Source: a virus (lineage: Duplodnaviria; Caudoviricetes). From it: a DNA stretch of 63,400 nt. The notes under the pieces were generated by a model. That model was not told where the DNA came from. It saw only the letters and a program-made list of their open reading frames with translations, and searched no databases. The DNA is taken from IMG/VR virus record IMGVR_UViG_3300034101_001021, positions 1 through 63,400 of that record. One strand, given 5' to 3'. Below, piece after piece: positions 34,275 to 43,900 of this stretch; the stretch's first letter is position 1, and each line of letters opens with the position of its first letter. The translations under genes and the position numbers were made by a program.

Positions 34275-35663
34275 ATGGCCTTCGTCGTAAGAGACCGCGT
34301 TAAGGTCACCAGCACAACAACCGGCACGGGGACTTATACCCTTGGTGCGGCTGTTGCTGGGTTCCAAACCTTCGCTGACATTGGCAATGCCAACCAGACC
34401 TACTACTCTGCGACCGACGGTACGAACTGGGAAGTGGGGATTGGAACCTATACCTCGTCTGGTACAACACTAAGCCGCGACACAATTCTTGGCTCTTCTA
34501 ATAGCGGCAATGCCGTGAACTGGAGTGCGGGGACCAGAGAGATTCGATGCGCTCAGCCTGCGGAGGCCACTATTGGATCTGCGGCTACGGCGGATAACTC
34601 GTCGATTGGCACTAATGAGTATGCCTACGACAATCTTAAAAAAACATTGGATGCAAGTGCCCAAGGCGGTGTTTTGTTTAACAATAACAATGTTGCTGGG
34701 GTTGTAAGCACCTTTAGCTTGGTTTATTCAACATCCGATGCAGCTCTTGGTGGGACTTTAAACCAAAACGGAGATATTCATATTGTTCCGTTTTTTGCTC
34801 AAGTAGGACAAAAAATATCTTCATCAAACGCTGTTTCTACATATTCACTTGTTTATACGAGAGCCGCTGCCTATGGTGGCGGGGTGTTGGCTCCAAATGG
34901 GGACATTCATTTTGTACCTTGTGCCGGGGACCGGGGCCAAAAAGTATCCTTGTCTGGGGTGGTTTCTACCTATTCGTTGGTTTACTCTTCTGTGGGAACG
35001 ACAAAGTATATAGGTGGTGTTGTAGCCCCAAATGGAGATATTCATTTTATTCCGCATAACGCTGTGGTAGGTCAAAAAATTTCTGCGGCTGGCGTGGTGT
35101 CTACTTACAGCCTTGCCTATACAGCAGGTGCGGCGTACGCCGGAGGGGTACTCGTTCAAAATGGAGATATTCATTTTGTCCCTTTTGACTCAGGTATCGG
35201 GCAAAAAATATCTGCTGCTGGAGTAGTTTCCACTTACTCTTTGATTGTTACCACCTCCCAAGCATATCAAGGTGGTGTTTTAGGGTTAGATGGGAGTATT
35301 TACTTTATAAACAGAGCAGCCCCAGTAGGGCAAAAAATATCTGCCGCTGGCGTTGTTTCAACTTTTTCATTGCTTTTTACAAGTGCCGGCGCTTACTACG
35401 GTGGTGTACTTGCACCAAATGGTGACATTCATTTTGTCCCTGCCGGAGCTTCTGTTGGACAAAAAATATCTGCCGCTGGAATTGTTTCAACTTACTCGTT
35501 AATCTTCACGTCTAGTATAGCGGCGGGTGGCGGGGTACTTCGTCCCGATGGAACCATTGTGTTTACTAGCTATTCACCACTTACATGCCAACAAATCTCT
35601 ACCCTCCCAGGCGTTCCATTTGGAGCTGAAATTGCGCTCAGCTCCTACTTAAACAAGTTCTGA
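34275..35663 (+). CDS. Receptor-binding-like protein 1, seven 43-aa repeats (predicted 7-blade beta-propeller)
   Basis: 7x GGVLAPNGDIHFVP..GQKISAAGVVSTYSL; 462 aa. Confidence 0.8.
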   Translation: MAFVVRDRVKVTSTTTGTGTYTLGAAVAGFQTFADIGNANQTYYSATDGTNWEVGIGTYTSSGTTLSRDTILGSSNSGNAVNWSAGTREIRCAQPAEATIGSAATADNSSIGTNEYAYDNLKKTLDASAQGGVLFNNNNVAGVVSTFSLVYSTSDAALGGTLNQNGDIHIVPFFAQVGQKISSSNAVSTYSLVYTRAAAYGGGVLAPNGDIHFVPCAGDRGQKVSLSGVVSTYSLVYSSVGTTKYIGGVVAPNGDIHFIPHNAVVGQKISAAGVVSTYSLAYTAGAAYAGGVLVQNGDIHFVPFDSGIGQKISAAGVVSTYSLIVTTSQAYQGGVLGLDGSIYFINRAAPVGQKISAAGVVSTFSLLFTSAGAYYGGVLAPNGDIHFVPAGASVGQKISAAGIVSTYSLIFTSSIAAGGGVLRPDGTIVFTSYSPLTCQQISTLPGVPFGAEIALSSYLNKF

Positions 35664-35665
35664 AT

Positions 35666-37054
35666 ATGCCACTCATCCTAGCAAACCGAGTCAAAGAGAC
35701 GACCACCACGACAGGAACGGGTACCTATACGCTGGCTGGTGCGGTGGCTGGGTATCAGACCTTTGCGGCAATTGGCAACGCCAACACGACCTACTATACG
35801 GTCACGGACAACATCAACTGGGAAGTGGGCATTGGTACATACACCTCCTCCGGCACTGCCCTGGCGCGCACTAGGGTTCTTGCATCGTCTAACAGTAACG
35901 CAGCGGTGAACTGGGGTGCTGGAAGCAAAGAGGTCTTTTGTGGTGGGCCAGCAGAGATCACGCAGGGCACCGTGCCGACTGGAGACAATAGCTCGATTGG
36001 CACCAACGAGATCGCGTTTAAGAACTTTGCCAAGACATTTTTGGCAGGTGAGACGATTGGGGTGCCATATGAAAATAATGGCACGAATGGGGTTGTTAGC
36101 ACTTATTCTTTGGTTCGCACAGGATCTCAACAATATTTGGGCGGGGTACTTGCTCCTAATGGGGACATTTATTTTGTAAACACAAATGCTCCAGTAGGTC
36201 AGAAAATATCCGCTGCGGGTGTAGTGTCTACTTTTTCGCTTATTTATACGAACAGCTCTAATTCATCTTATATAGGCGGTGTTTTAGCTTCTAACGGCGA
36301 TATTCATTTTGTTCCAGGTTTTGCCCCCGTAGGACAGAAAATATCTGCATCAGGGGTAGTGTCTACTTATTCATTGGTGTATACCAACCCAACCACTAAA
36401 TACATTGGAGGCGTCTTAGCCCCTAACGGCGATATTCATTTTGTTCCACAAAACGCTATCGTAGGACAAAAGGTTTCAGCGTCTGGAGTCGTTAGCACCT
36501 ATTCGCTTGTTTATACAACGTCAGCCGCCTATGCTGGTGGCGTACTTGCTCCCAATGGCGATATTCATTTTGTGCCTGATACCGCTGTTGTAGGCCAAAA
36601 AATATCTGCCGCTGGTGTAGTTTCAACCTATTCTTTGGTGTATACAACGAGTAATGCTTATTACGGCGGTGTTTTAGCTACGAATGGGGATATTTACTTT
36701 GTTAACTTTAGAGCGGCCGTTGGACAGAAAATATCTGCCGCTGGAGTAGTTAGCACGTATTCTTTGGTGTATACAACGAGTAATGCCTACGCTGGCGGTG
36801 TACTTGCTCCTAATGGAGACATTCATTTTGTACCTACGAGCGCAAACAGAGGGCAAAAAATATCCGCTGCGGGTACTGTATCCACCTATTCTCTTGCATA
36901 TACAGGGAATCAGTTGTACCGAGGGGGCGTTTTTACCCCTAGTGGAGATATTTACTTTATTCCATGGAACGCGGCAGTGGGGCAAAAAATCTCCACCGGA
37001 TCTTCTGCCTTCAAACTTGAAACAGCATTAAGCTCTTACTTGAATAAACTCTAA
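35666..37054 (+). CDS. Receptor-binding-like protein 2, seven 43-aa repeats
   Basis: Paralog, 462 aa. Confidence 0.8.
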   Translation: MPLILANRVKETTTTTGTGTYTLAGAVAGYQTFAAIGNANTTYYTVTDNINWEVGIGTYTSSGTALARTRVLASSNSNAAVNWGAGSKEVFCGGPAEITQGTVPTGDNSSIGTNEIAFKNFAKTFLAGETIGVPYENNGTNGVVSTYSLVRTGSQQYLGGVLAPNGDIYFVNTNAPVGQKISAAGVVSTFSLIYTNSSNSSYIGGVLASNGDIHFVPGFAPVGQKISASGVVSTYSLVYTNPTTKYIGGVLAPNGDIHFVPQNAIVGQKVSASGVVSTYSLVYTTSAAYAGGVLAPNGDIHFVPDTAVVGQKISAAGVVSTYSLVYTTSNAYYGGVLATNGDIYFVNFRAAVGQKISAAGVVSTYSLVYTTSNAYAGGVLAPNGDIHFVPTSANRGQKISAAGTVSTYSLAYTGNQLYRGGVFTPSGDIYFIPWNAAVGQKISTGSSAFKLETALSSYLNKL

Positions 37055-37056
37055 TC

Positions 37057-38445
37057 ATGCCTATCGTACTAGCCAATCGCGTTAAAGAGACCACCACGAC
37101 AACCGGTACTGGTACGCTTACGCTTGCTGGTGCTGCTGATGGATTTCAATCCTTTGCCGCAATTGGTGATGGCAACCAGACTTACTACACTATTACTAAT
37201 GGTACGGACTGGGAGACGGGCCTTGGAACCTATACGTCCTCTGGAACCACCTTTAGCCGAGATCAGATCTACGAATCTTCTAATAGCAATGCCGCTGTCA
37301 ACTGGGGAGCAGGGCTAAAGACGGTCTTCTCCACTTTCCCCTCTGAGGCATCAGGTGGCACGATAGCTACAGCAGACAATAGTTCAATTGGTACGGATCA
37401 GGTAGCCTGGGACAACTTTCAGAAGCTCATTAATCGAGGCGTGGTTGGTGGTGTGCCGTATCAGAACAACAATACTAATGGCGTAGTGAGTACGTATAGT
37501 CTCGTATCTACGGCTACTACAACCGTAAACTTTACTGGTGGGGTATTAGCACCAAATGGCGATGTGCACTTTATTCCCTACAACAGTGTGCGTGGTCAAA
37601 AAATATCCGCCGATGGAGTGGTATCTACGTATTCTCTTGTTTATACCGTCGCAGGAGCATACGCTGGAGGCGTGTTAGCAGGGAACGGAGACATACAGTT
37701 TGTTCCCGCTTCCGCTGTTAGAGGACAAAAAATCTCCGCCTCCGGGGTTGTTTCTACCTATTCGTTAGTCTACACGACAGCCATAGCTTATTTTGGTGGC
37801 GTATTAGCCCCCAACGGAGACATACATTTCGTTCCAAATGGAGCAGCCAGGGGACAGAAGGTGTCCGCCGCTGGAGTGGTTTCTACATACTCCCTCGTTT
37901 ATACGACTGCTGTAGGAGCTTATTTTGGTGGAGTATTAGCACCAAACGGGGATATACATTTTGTCCCAAGAATCGCGATAGTTGGCCAAAAGATTTCTGC
38001 GGCTGGAGTAGTTTCTACATACTCTCTTGTTTACACCGCATCGGATGCTTATAGGGGCGGTGTTTTGGCTCCTAACGGTGACATTTATTTTATTCCATAT
38101 AATGCTAATCGTGGCCAAAAGATATCAGCTGCTGGAGTAGTTTCTACTTATTCGTTGGCCTATACAGTCTCTGCTGCCTATAACTCTGGAGTATTGGCTC
38201 CAAACGGGGACATTCACTTTATTCCAGCTTCTGCCGCAGTTGGCCAAAAAATTTCTGTGAATGGAGTTGTGTCTACCTACTCTCTTGTGTATACAACAGC
38301 TGGAGCCTATGTAGGAGGTATTCTTCGTCCAAACGGCTCTATTGTCTTCATTCCTGGAAATTCAAATTTTGGTCAAATCATTTCAACTGGTTCTGGTCAG
38401 TTTCCCTTGGCTGTATGCTGTAGTTCGTATTTAAATAAATTATAA
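37057..38445 (+). CDS. Receptor-binding-like protein 3, seven 43-aa repeats
   Basis: Paralog, 462 aa. Confidence 0.8.
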   Translation: MPIVLANRVKETTTTTGTGTLTLAGAADGFQSFAAIGDGNQTYYTITNGTDWETGLGTYTSSGTTFSRDQIYESSNSNAAVNWGAGLKTVFSTFPSEASGGTIATADNSSIGTDQVAWDNFQKLINRGVVGGVPYQNNNTNGVVSTYSLVSTATTTVNFTGGVLAPNGDVHFIPYNSVRGQKISADGVVSTYSLVYTVAGAYAGGVLAGNGDIQFVPASAVRGQKISASGVVSTYSLVYTTAIAYFGGVLAPNGDIHFVPNGAARGQKVSAAGVVSTYSLVYTTAVGAYFGGVLAPNGDIHFVPRIAIVGQKISAAGVVSTYSLVYTASDAYRGGVLAPNGDIYFIPYNANRGQKISAAGVVSTYSLAYTVSAAYNSGVLAPNGDIHFIPASAAVGQKISVNGVVSTYSLVYTTAGAYVGGILRPNGSIVFIPGNSNFGQIISTGSGQFPLAVCCSSYLNKL

Positions 38446-38455
38446 AGGAGAGTTC

Positions 38456-39823
38456 GTGTACAACCGTGACAAAATTCTTGCGACGATGCAAGAAATCTAT
38501 GATGAGTCAAAGAGCATTGCACCCTACGTCGTCATCGCGCAGCCAAGGCGAGACCTAAAAGAAACGGCAGCGCAAAACTTCGATGGATATGAAGGGTTGC
38601 ATATCGACCTTCTTGGGTTTTCTCACGGTTTCGTACACATTGGCGGCGAGAAGGTAGACGTCGCCCGTAACTACCTTATTGAGCAGGCGCTTGAGTCTGG
38701 GGCCAAGTACCTCTTCTTCATTGGCGAAGATACGGTCATTCCTTATGATGGGTTTAAAGTCTTGCATGAGACGGCAGAGAAGAACCCTGATGCGGCTGTC
38801 GTTGGGGTTTATTACATCAAGTGCTCTGACGCCATGATCATGGTCCGTAACAACGACTGGATCACCATCCCGAACGTAGACCCAGGTCAACTTATCGAGG
38901 CGTGGCAGACCGGCATGGACGCCATGTTGATACCGATCTCAATCCTCAAGAAGATGAAAGAGGAGGCCCCCGAGCTTCCCTTTTGTTGCATCGCAAACAA
39001 CGTCGAGGGACCAAAAGGTACTATCCCGTTTATTGGTGAGGACAACTTCTTCGTCCACCGGCTGCACAAGCGAGGCACCAAGCTCCTGGTCAACACGGAC
39101 GTTCAATGCCTGCACATGGACCTTGCGTCTGGCATGTATACCGCTCACCCCTCTGTGGATCTGAAGCGCTACTACACCAACATCAAGCCTACCAGGCCGC
39201 TGACCCTGGACGACAAAGAGTTTATTGACAAACGCTGGCACGACCGCCTACCCGAAGGTACGGGGGCCAAGTCTGGATACAAGGCTATCATCACCCAGTT
39301 ACAGGCCGAGAATCAGCCAATTAAATTCAACATGGGCTGCGGCCAAGACAAGATTCCTGGCTACATGGGCGTGGACAAGCATAACCCCAATGCAGACATT
39401 AAGATGGATCTATTTGAGCTTGATCTGCCAGAGGGCTGCGCTGATGAGGTTTTGGCCTCTCACGTTATTGAGCACCTGCCTATGCACCGTGCACCCGAGG
39501 CATTGTCTGGGTGGTTAAAGGTTCTCAAGCCCGGTGGCAAGCTCGTTATGGAGCAGCCAGACCTGGAAGAAATGTGCCGAGATTTTTTATCTCAAGATGA
39601 GAAAGAACGGTTTATGACTACGGTCTGTATTTATGGCGCGGCAGCAGAGCCTGGGGTTGATGGGCTTGAGAAGACTGGTGCAGCCTCTCCCCATTTGTGG
39701 GGTTATACGCCAAAATCCCTGAGCGATCTTGTTGGCGCTGTTGGGTTCAAAGATATTCAGATTCTTCCGGCCACCGGACCGCATCCGGGCAAAAACTTCC
39801 GTCTTGAAGCAGTGAAAGGGTAA
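38456..39823 (+). CDS. GT-A (GT2-like) glycosyltransferase fused to class I SAM methyltransferase
   Basis: VDVARN, YLFFIGED, GEDNFF, DV.C.H; then NMGCG, HVIEHL, VLKPGG, H.WGY. Confidence 0.8.
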   Translation: MYNRDKILATMQEIYDESKSIAPYVVIAQPRRDLKETAAQNFDGYEGLHIDLLGFSHGFVHIGGEKVDVARNYLIEQALESGAKYLFFIGEDTVIPYDGFKVLHETAEKNPDAAVVGVYYIKCSDAMIMVRNNDWITIPNVDPGQLIEAWQTGMDAMLIPISILKKMKEEAPELPFCCIANNVEGPKGTIPFIGEDNFFVHRLHKRGTKLLVNTDVQCLHMDLASGMYTAHPSVDLKRYYTNIKPTRPLTLDDKEFIDKRWHDRLPEGTGAKSGYKAIITQLQAENQPIKFNMGCGQDKIPGYMGVDKHNPNADIKMDLFELDLPEGCADEVLASHVIEHLPMHRAPEALSGWLKVLKPGGKLVMEQPDLEEMCRDFLSQDEKERFMTTVCIYGAAAEPGVDGLEKTGAASPHLWGYTPKSLSDLVGAVGFKDIQILPATGPHPGKNFRLEAVKG

Positions 39824-39825
39824 TC

Positions 39826-40260
39826 ATGGCTACGATTTCATTAGAGGGCTTGGCCTCCGGTATTGCCGGAGAAGAACGCGCTGTGGCGTACGTGAAGGTT
39901 GACCACAATGGTCAGACCTACGATTGGAAGGTATTCGTTCCTCCCATGCAGGATCTGAGCTTGTACTTACAGTCTGTTACTGATGCTGTGGCCGCAGACA
40001 TTGACGCAAAAGAAACAGCTTGGGCGGCTTTGACACCGAAGACTCGGGAGATCGAAGACCCCCTGACCGGCGAGACGATTGTCGAGGAAATCCAAAAGGG
40101 CGAGATCGTTCGGGCTGATGACCCTGATTACTACGCCAAGCGCCGCGCAGAGTACCCGCCTTTGGCAGAGCAACTCGATGCCTTCTGGAAGGGTGGTCAG
40201 GCTCAGGCAGACATGCTTGCCAAGATCCAGGCCGTGAAGAACAAGTACCCGAAGCCTTAA
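39826..40260 (+). CDS. Tail fibre assembly/chaperone-like protein
   Basis: Y..KR..EYP.L.EQLD..W...I.AVK.KYPKP. Confidence 0.7.
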   Translation: MATISLEGLASGIAGEERAVAYVKVDHNGQTYDWKVFVPPMQDLSLYLQSVTDAVAADIDAKETAWAALTPKTREIEDPLTGETIVEEIQKGEIVRADDPDYYAKRRAEYPPLAEQLDAFWKGGQAQADMLAKIQAVKNKYPKP

Positions 40261-40262
40261 TT

Positions 40263-40535
40263 ATGTGGGCCATTGAAGACCGCCATGTCGGCAAGATCAT
40301 TCGCACGGACAGCATCGACCGCCTTACTATTCGCGGCCCATCTGTCACGGCAGGCCTTGCCTTTGTGATCTTTAATCCACGGGACACGGTAGTAACGATC
40401 TCATCGCAGATTAAAAAGACGTACAAGGCAGCAGATACGCAGGCAAGATCAGAGTTCCAGATCAAGCCCAAAGGGTTGGCAAACGTCCTCTACGTAGCCG
40501 AGGACATGGTGGTTGTTTCTGGAGACGTATTATGA
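40263..40535 (+). CDS. Stand-alone paralog of the C-terminal tip domain of the 33039 fibre
   Basis: HVGKII/DVGKVV, LTI/ITI, AG.A..IFN, VTI, Y.A, KGLANVLY/RGVCNILF, SGDV/TGNI. Confidence 0.7.
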   Translation: MWAIEDRHVGKIIRTDSIDRLTIRGPSVTAGLAFVIFNPRDTVVTISSQIKKTYKAADTQARSEFQIKPKGLANVLYVAEDMVVVSGDVL

Positions 40536-40645
40536 GCGGAATCGTATTGGCGTTTGTCGGTGCCTCTTTTGGGGGAGGTGGTGTTGTAATTGCGGGAGAT
40601 GCCGCTTATGCTGCATCGACCTATGGCGAAGTAGCTTTTGGATAA
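40532..40645 (+). CDS. 37-aa peptide (not in ORF track), candidate fibre adaptor
   Basis: MSGIVLAFVGASFGGGGVVIAGDAAYAASTYGEVAFG; GGAG RBS, ATGA overlap, fills the gap to 40659. Confidence 0.6.
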   Translation: MSGIVLAFVGASFGGGGVVIAGDAAYAASTYGEVAFG

Positions 40646-40658
40646 CCTGGAGTAAATC

Positions 40659-42014
40659 ATGGCGTCAACGTACAGCCCACTTAAGATCGAACTCATTGGC
40701 ACCGGTGAACAGGTTGCTACTTGGGGTCAGACCACTAACACAAACCTAGGCACGGCTATTGAGCAGGCCATAGGAGGCAAAGCAGATGTCACGATGTCCA
40801 GCACATCGGAGAGCCTGACCCTTACCAATACCAATGCGCTTCAAGATGCTCGGGCCTTGTACCTCAATCTCACTGGTACGCCAGGCGGAGCTGCGACTCT
40901 CAATGTCCCGGCTGTTCAGAAAGCCTACATAGTCCGAAATGGAACTACCGGTGGTAACGCGGTGACGGTCAAGGTCACTGGCCAGACAGGTGTTTCTGTT
41001 CCCAATGGTGCCACGATGCACCTGTATAACAATGGGACGGACGTAGTAAACGCCATGACAAACCTCCCTGCCGGTGCAACGGTAGGCGGAGTGGCAATCG
41101 GTACTGGTGGCGGATCTGTAACTTCTGTTGCGGGGACTGGTACGGTCAATGGAATTACTTTGACTGGCACGGTTACATCATCTGGATCGCTAACTCTTGG
41201 AGGCGCTCTTAGCAACGTTGACTTAGCTACCCAGGTAACAAATACCCTGCCAACAAATCGTGGCGGCACGGGACAAACTGTTACTCAGTATTGCAATTTA
41301 GCTACCAACGTATCCGGTATCCTCCCAATTGCTAACGGTGGTACGGGAACAAACTCAACGACATTTTGTAATCTAACAACAAATGTCACCGGAACATTGC
41401 CAGTTAATAGGGGCGGTACTGGGGCTGCGACACTTACCTCTAATGCAGCATTGATTGGTAACGGTACTGGGGCAGTGCTCGGCCTTTCGCCAGGCCCTGT
41501 TGGAAATCTTATGACTTCCGACGGAACGACATGGGTATCATCCGCTCCTCCGACGTCTTTTATAGCCGGCATGATCATCATGTGGTCCGGGACTATTGCT
41601 ACCATTCCAAGCGGATGGGCGCTCTGTAACGGATCAAACGGTACCCCGGATCTACGAGATCGTTTCATCATTGGTGCAAGCCAGGACAGCGGCGGGCAAG
41701 CACGAACAAACGTTACGGGATCACTAACGCAGACTGGCGGTACCAAAGACGCCATTGTTGTAAGCCATACGCACACGGCGTCATCATCTGTAACAGACCC
41801 AGGCCACACCCACACAGCCAATATCGTTAATGAGATTCTTGCTGGTGGACCATTCTCAACAGTTCGCCCGGTTCCGCTTGGATCTGGAACGATTGGTATG
41901 ACAACAGCAACTACCGGAATTAGTGTTGCCACCTCTGTTTCGACAGCTGGTTCGTCTGGCACTAATCAGAACTTGCCTCCGTACTATGCGCTGGCATTTA
42001 TTATGAAGACCTAA
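40659..42014 (+). CDS. Tail fibre with C-terminal collar domain
   Basis: MASTYS.LKIEL..TGE...WG..TN.N; LP...GGTG repeats; GMI.MWSG...IPSGW.LCNG.NGTPDLRDRF; LPPYYALAFIMK. Confidence 0.9.
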   Translation: MASTYSPLKIELIGTGEQVATWGQTTNTNLGTAIEQAIGGKADVTMSSTSESLTLTNTNALQDARALYLNLTGTPGGAATLNVPAVQKAYIVRNGTTGGNAVTVKVTGQTGVSVPNGATMHLYNNGTDVVNAMTNLPAGATVGGVAIGTGGGSVTSVAGTGTVNGITLTGTVTSSGSLTLGGALSNVDLATQVTNTLPTNRGGTGQTVTQYCNLATNVSGILPIANGGTGTNSTTFCNLTTNVTGTLPVNRGGTGAATLTSNAALIGNGTGAVLGLSPGPVGNLMTSDGTTWVSSAPPTSFIAGMIIMWSGTIATIPSGWALCNGSNGTPDLRDRFIIGASQDSGGQARTNVTGSLTQTGGTKDAIVVSHTHTASSSVTDPGHTHTANIVNEILAGGPFSTVRPVPLGSGTIGMTTATTGISVATSVSTAGSSGTNQNLPPYYALAFIMKT

Positions 42015-42015
42015 A

Positions 42016-42591
42016 ATGCTACAGATGCCAAGCAACCTGCCCGAGTACATCATGTACTTGGAGAATGTAGTCCCCCAGACTTTAATAGACGAGATCTTTT
42101 CTGAGTATGGTGGGGATGAAGACTGGGAAGACTCCAAGATTGGTGTCGATGGGCAGGTTATTAAAAATGTCAGAGGCGCTAAGATTAAGTCGCTGTCCCA
42201 AGCGGAAAGTATCCAAAAGAACGAGGCAGTAAGAAAAAACATTGACGCCCAGCTTTTCAAATGCGTAGAGATTGGGCTTCTTGCCTATACAAAGAAGTTT
42301 CCCATGTGCGTGGTACAGAAGGACACTGGATACGACTTGCTTAAATATGATGCAGGGACTGGATATACCCGGCACGTGGATAACTTTCTTGGATTCCAAA
42401 GGGCGGTGTCCTGCTCTATCGTCCTAAACGATGGCTTTGAAGGCGGTGAGTTTAGTTTCTTTAATGGTGAGGTGTCTTACAAGTTGGGCACTGGAAGCAT
42501 GTTGTTATTTCCAAGTTCCTTTCAATACCCGCATGAAGTAAAGACTGTTACATCTGGTACACGTTATTCAATAGTCACTTGGTTTAATTAA
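42016..42591 (+). CDS. 2OG-Fe(II) oxygenase (prolyl 4-hydroxylase-like)
   Basis: Y.RHVD, LND.FEGGE, LFPS...PH.V..V..G.RYSIVTW. Confidence 0.9.
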   Translation: MLQMPSNLPEYIMYLENVVPQTLIDEIFSEYGGDEDWEDSKIGVDGQVIKNVRGAKIKSLSQAESIQKNEAVRKNIDAQLFKCVEIGLLAYTKKFPMCVVQKDTGYDLLKYDAGTGYTRHVDNFLGFQRAVSCSIVLNDGFEGGEFSFFNGEVSYKLGTGSMLLFPSSFQYPHEVKTVTSGTRYSIVTWFN

Positions 42592-43005
42592 ATGAATACA
42601 GACATCGATTTATTAAAAATTCAGGCTCGTATTGAGCTAGATAAGTTAGAAGCCCAGGCTGCTGCTAAAGACGTAGCCGGTAAGGCTATCGGCAAGAACG
42701 GCCTTCCTTACATCACTGCCATAGTGGTCATCGGCGTGGTGGCTAGTATCTTCCTAGAAGAAGGCAAGATGGCTGCGGTCATGGGGCTACTCGGTGCTTC
42801 TCTGACGGCCCTGATTTCTATGCTTAACGGCATCGCCGGTACCGCACCCAAGCAAGAGCGGCCTGAGTTTGAAGTCATCAAGACCCTGATCGACCGGCTG
42901 GATAGGATTGCTGATAAGGCCGAGCCTATGGCGGTTACTGTTGATGGTGATCGGGTCACGGTTCGTAAGGGTGACGACATAGTGACGACTGGAAAGGAAA
43001 AGTAA
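42592..43005 (+). CDS. Two-TM membrane protein (lysis module)
   Basis: Two hydrophobic helices; adjacent to holin and endolysin. Confidence 0.65.
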   Translation: MNTDIDLLKIQARIELDKLEAQAAAKDVAGKAIGKNGLPYITAIVVIGVVASIFLEEGKMAAVMGLLGASLTALISMLNGIAGTAPKQERPEFEVIKTLIDRLDRIADKAEPMAVTVDGDRVTVRKGDDIVTTGKEK

Positions 43006-43436
43006 TGCTGCCTCTTGCTGCCATCCTATCAATCGGGGAAAAGGTACTGGACAAGGTACTGCCCGACCCTAATGCTAAAGCAGAGGCCCAAGCCAAGCTC
43101 ATGGAGATGGCCCAAAAAGGGCAGCTTGCCGAACTAGAGTTTCAGGCCAAAGAAATGGCCTCGGCTCGTGACCGTGAGATTCAGATTGCCACCAGCGAGT
43201 TTGCTCCGACTTTGAACAAGATTGTGACTCCCGTGCTGGCGTTGGGTACGGTTGCGCTGACTTTCATGCTCTACGCCGTGATCATTTTTGTGGATGTTGA
43301 CGAGCAGTCTAAAGACATCTTGATCTACGTGCTCGGTGCACTGACCTCTGCCGTGACCATGGTTCTCGGGTACTACTTCGGCAGTTCTGCGGGTAGCAAG
43401 GAAAAAGACCAGAAGATCAAGGATCTAATGAAATGA
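43005..43436 (+). CDS. Holin (3TM holin-like)
   Basis: LDK.LPDP..KA.A, SAR.RE, TM helices, YYFGSS.GS..K. Confidence 0.75.
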   Translation: MLPLAAILSIGEKVLDKVLPDPNAKAEAQAKLMEMAQKGQLAELEFQAKEMASARDREIQIATSEFAPTLNKIVTPVLALGTVALTFMLYAVIIFVDVDEQSKDILIYVLGALTSAVTMVLGYYFGSSAGSKEKDQKIKDLMK

Positions 43437-43900
43437 CACAATTAACCAAGAACTTTTCCCTGGCGGAGATGGTTAAGTCTGAGACTGCGCTGCGGCATGG
43501 TATGGAGAATAACCCTGGCCCGGACGAACTGAACAACCTGTTGCAACTTTGTGCCAATGTCCTCCAGCCTATTCGTGATCACTACCAGAAGGGTGTGAAA
43601 GTCAACTCGGGCTATCGCTCGCCGGATGTAAATGCTAAAGTTGGCGGGTCAAGAACGTCGGACCATACACGTGGTATGGCTGCTGACATAGAGATACCGG
43701 GGGTGCCCAATGCAGAGCTTGCTATTTATATTAGAGACAACCTGGCTTACACACAGCTTATTTTGGAATTTTATACTCCTGGCGTACCTGACAGTGGTTG
43801 GGTTCATGTTAGTTACGATGAGCAGAATCTGAAGAAACAGGTTCTGACGGCCACCAGGAAAGACGGAAAAACCGTATACCTACCAGGATTGGTTGCGTAA
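43433..43900 (+). CDS. Endolysin, peptidase M15A
   Basis: NFSL.E...S.TA, SGYRS...N..VGG...S.H..G.AAD, WVHVS. Confidence 0.92.
   Translation: MTQLTKNFSLAEMVKSETALRHGMENNPGPDELNNLLQLCANVLQPIRDHYQKGVKVNSGYRSPDVNAKVGGSRTSDHTRGMAADIEIPGVPNAELAIYIRDNLAYTQLILEFYTPGVPDSGWVHVSYDEQNLKKQVLTATRKDGKTVYLPGLVA

Noticed and set aside
34275-38445. Diversity-generating retroelement (TR/VR)
   Set aside because: No reverse transcriptase in the genome, no non-coding template repeat, and differences are not adenine-specific
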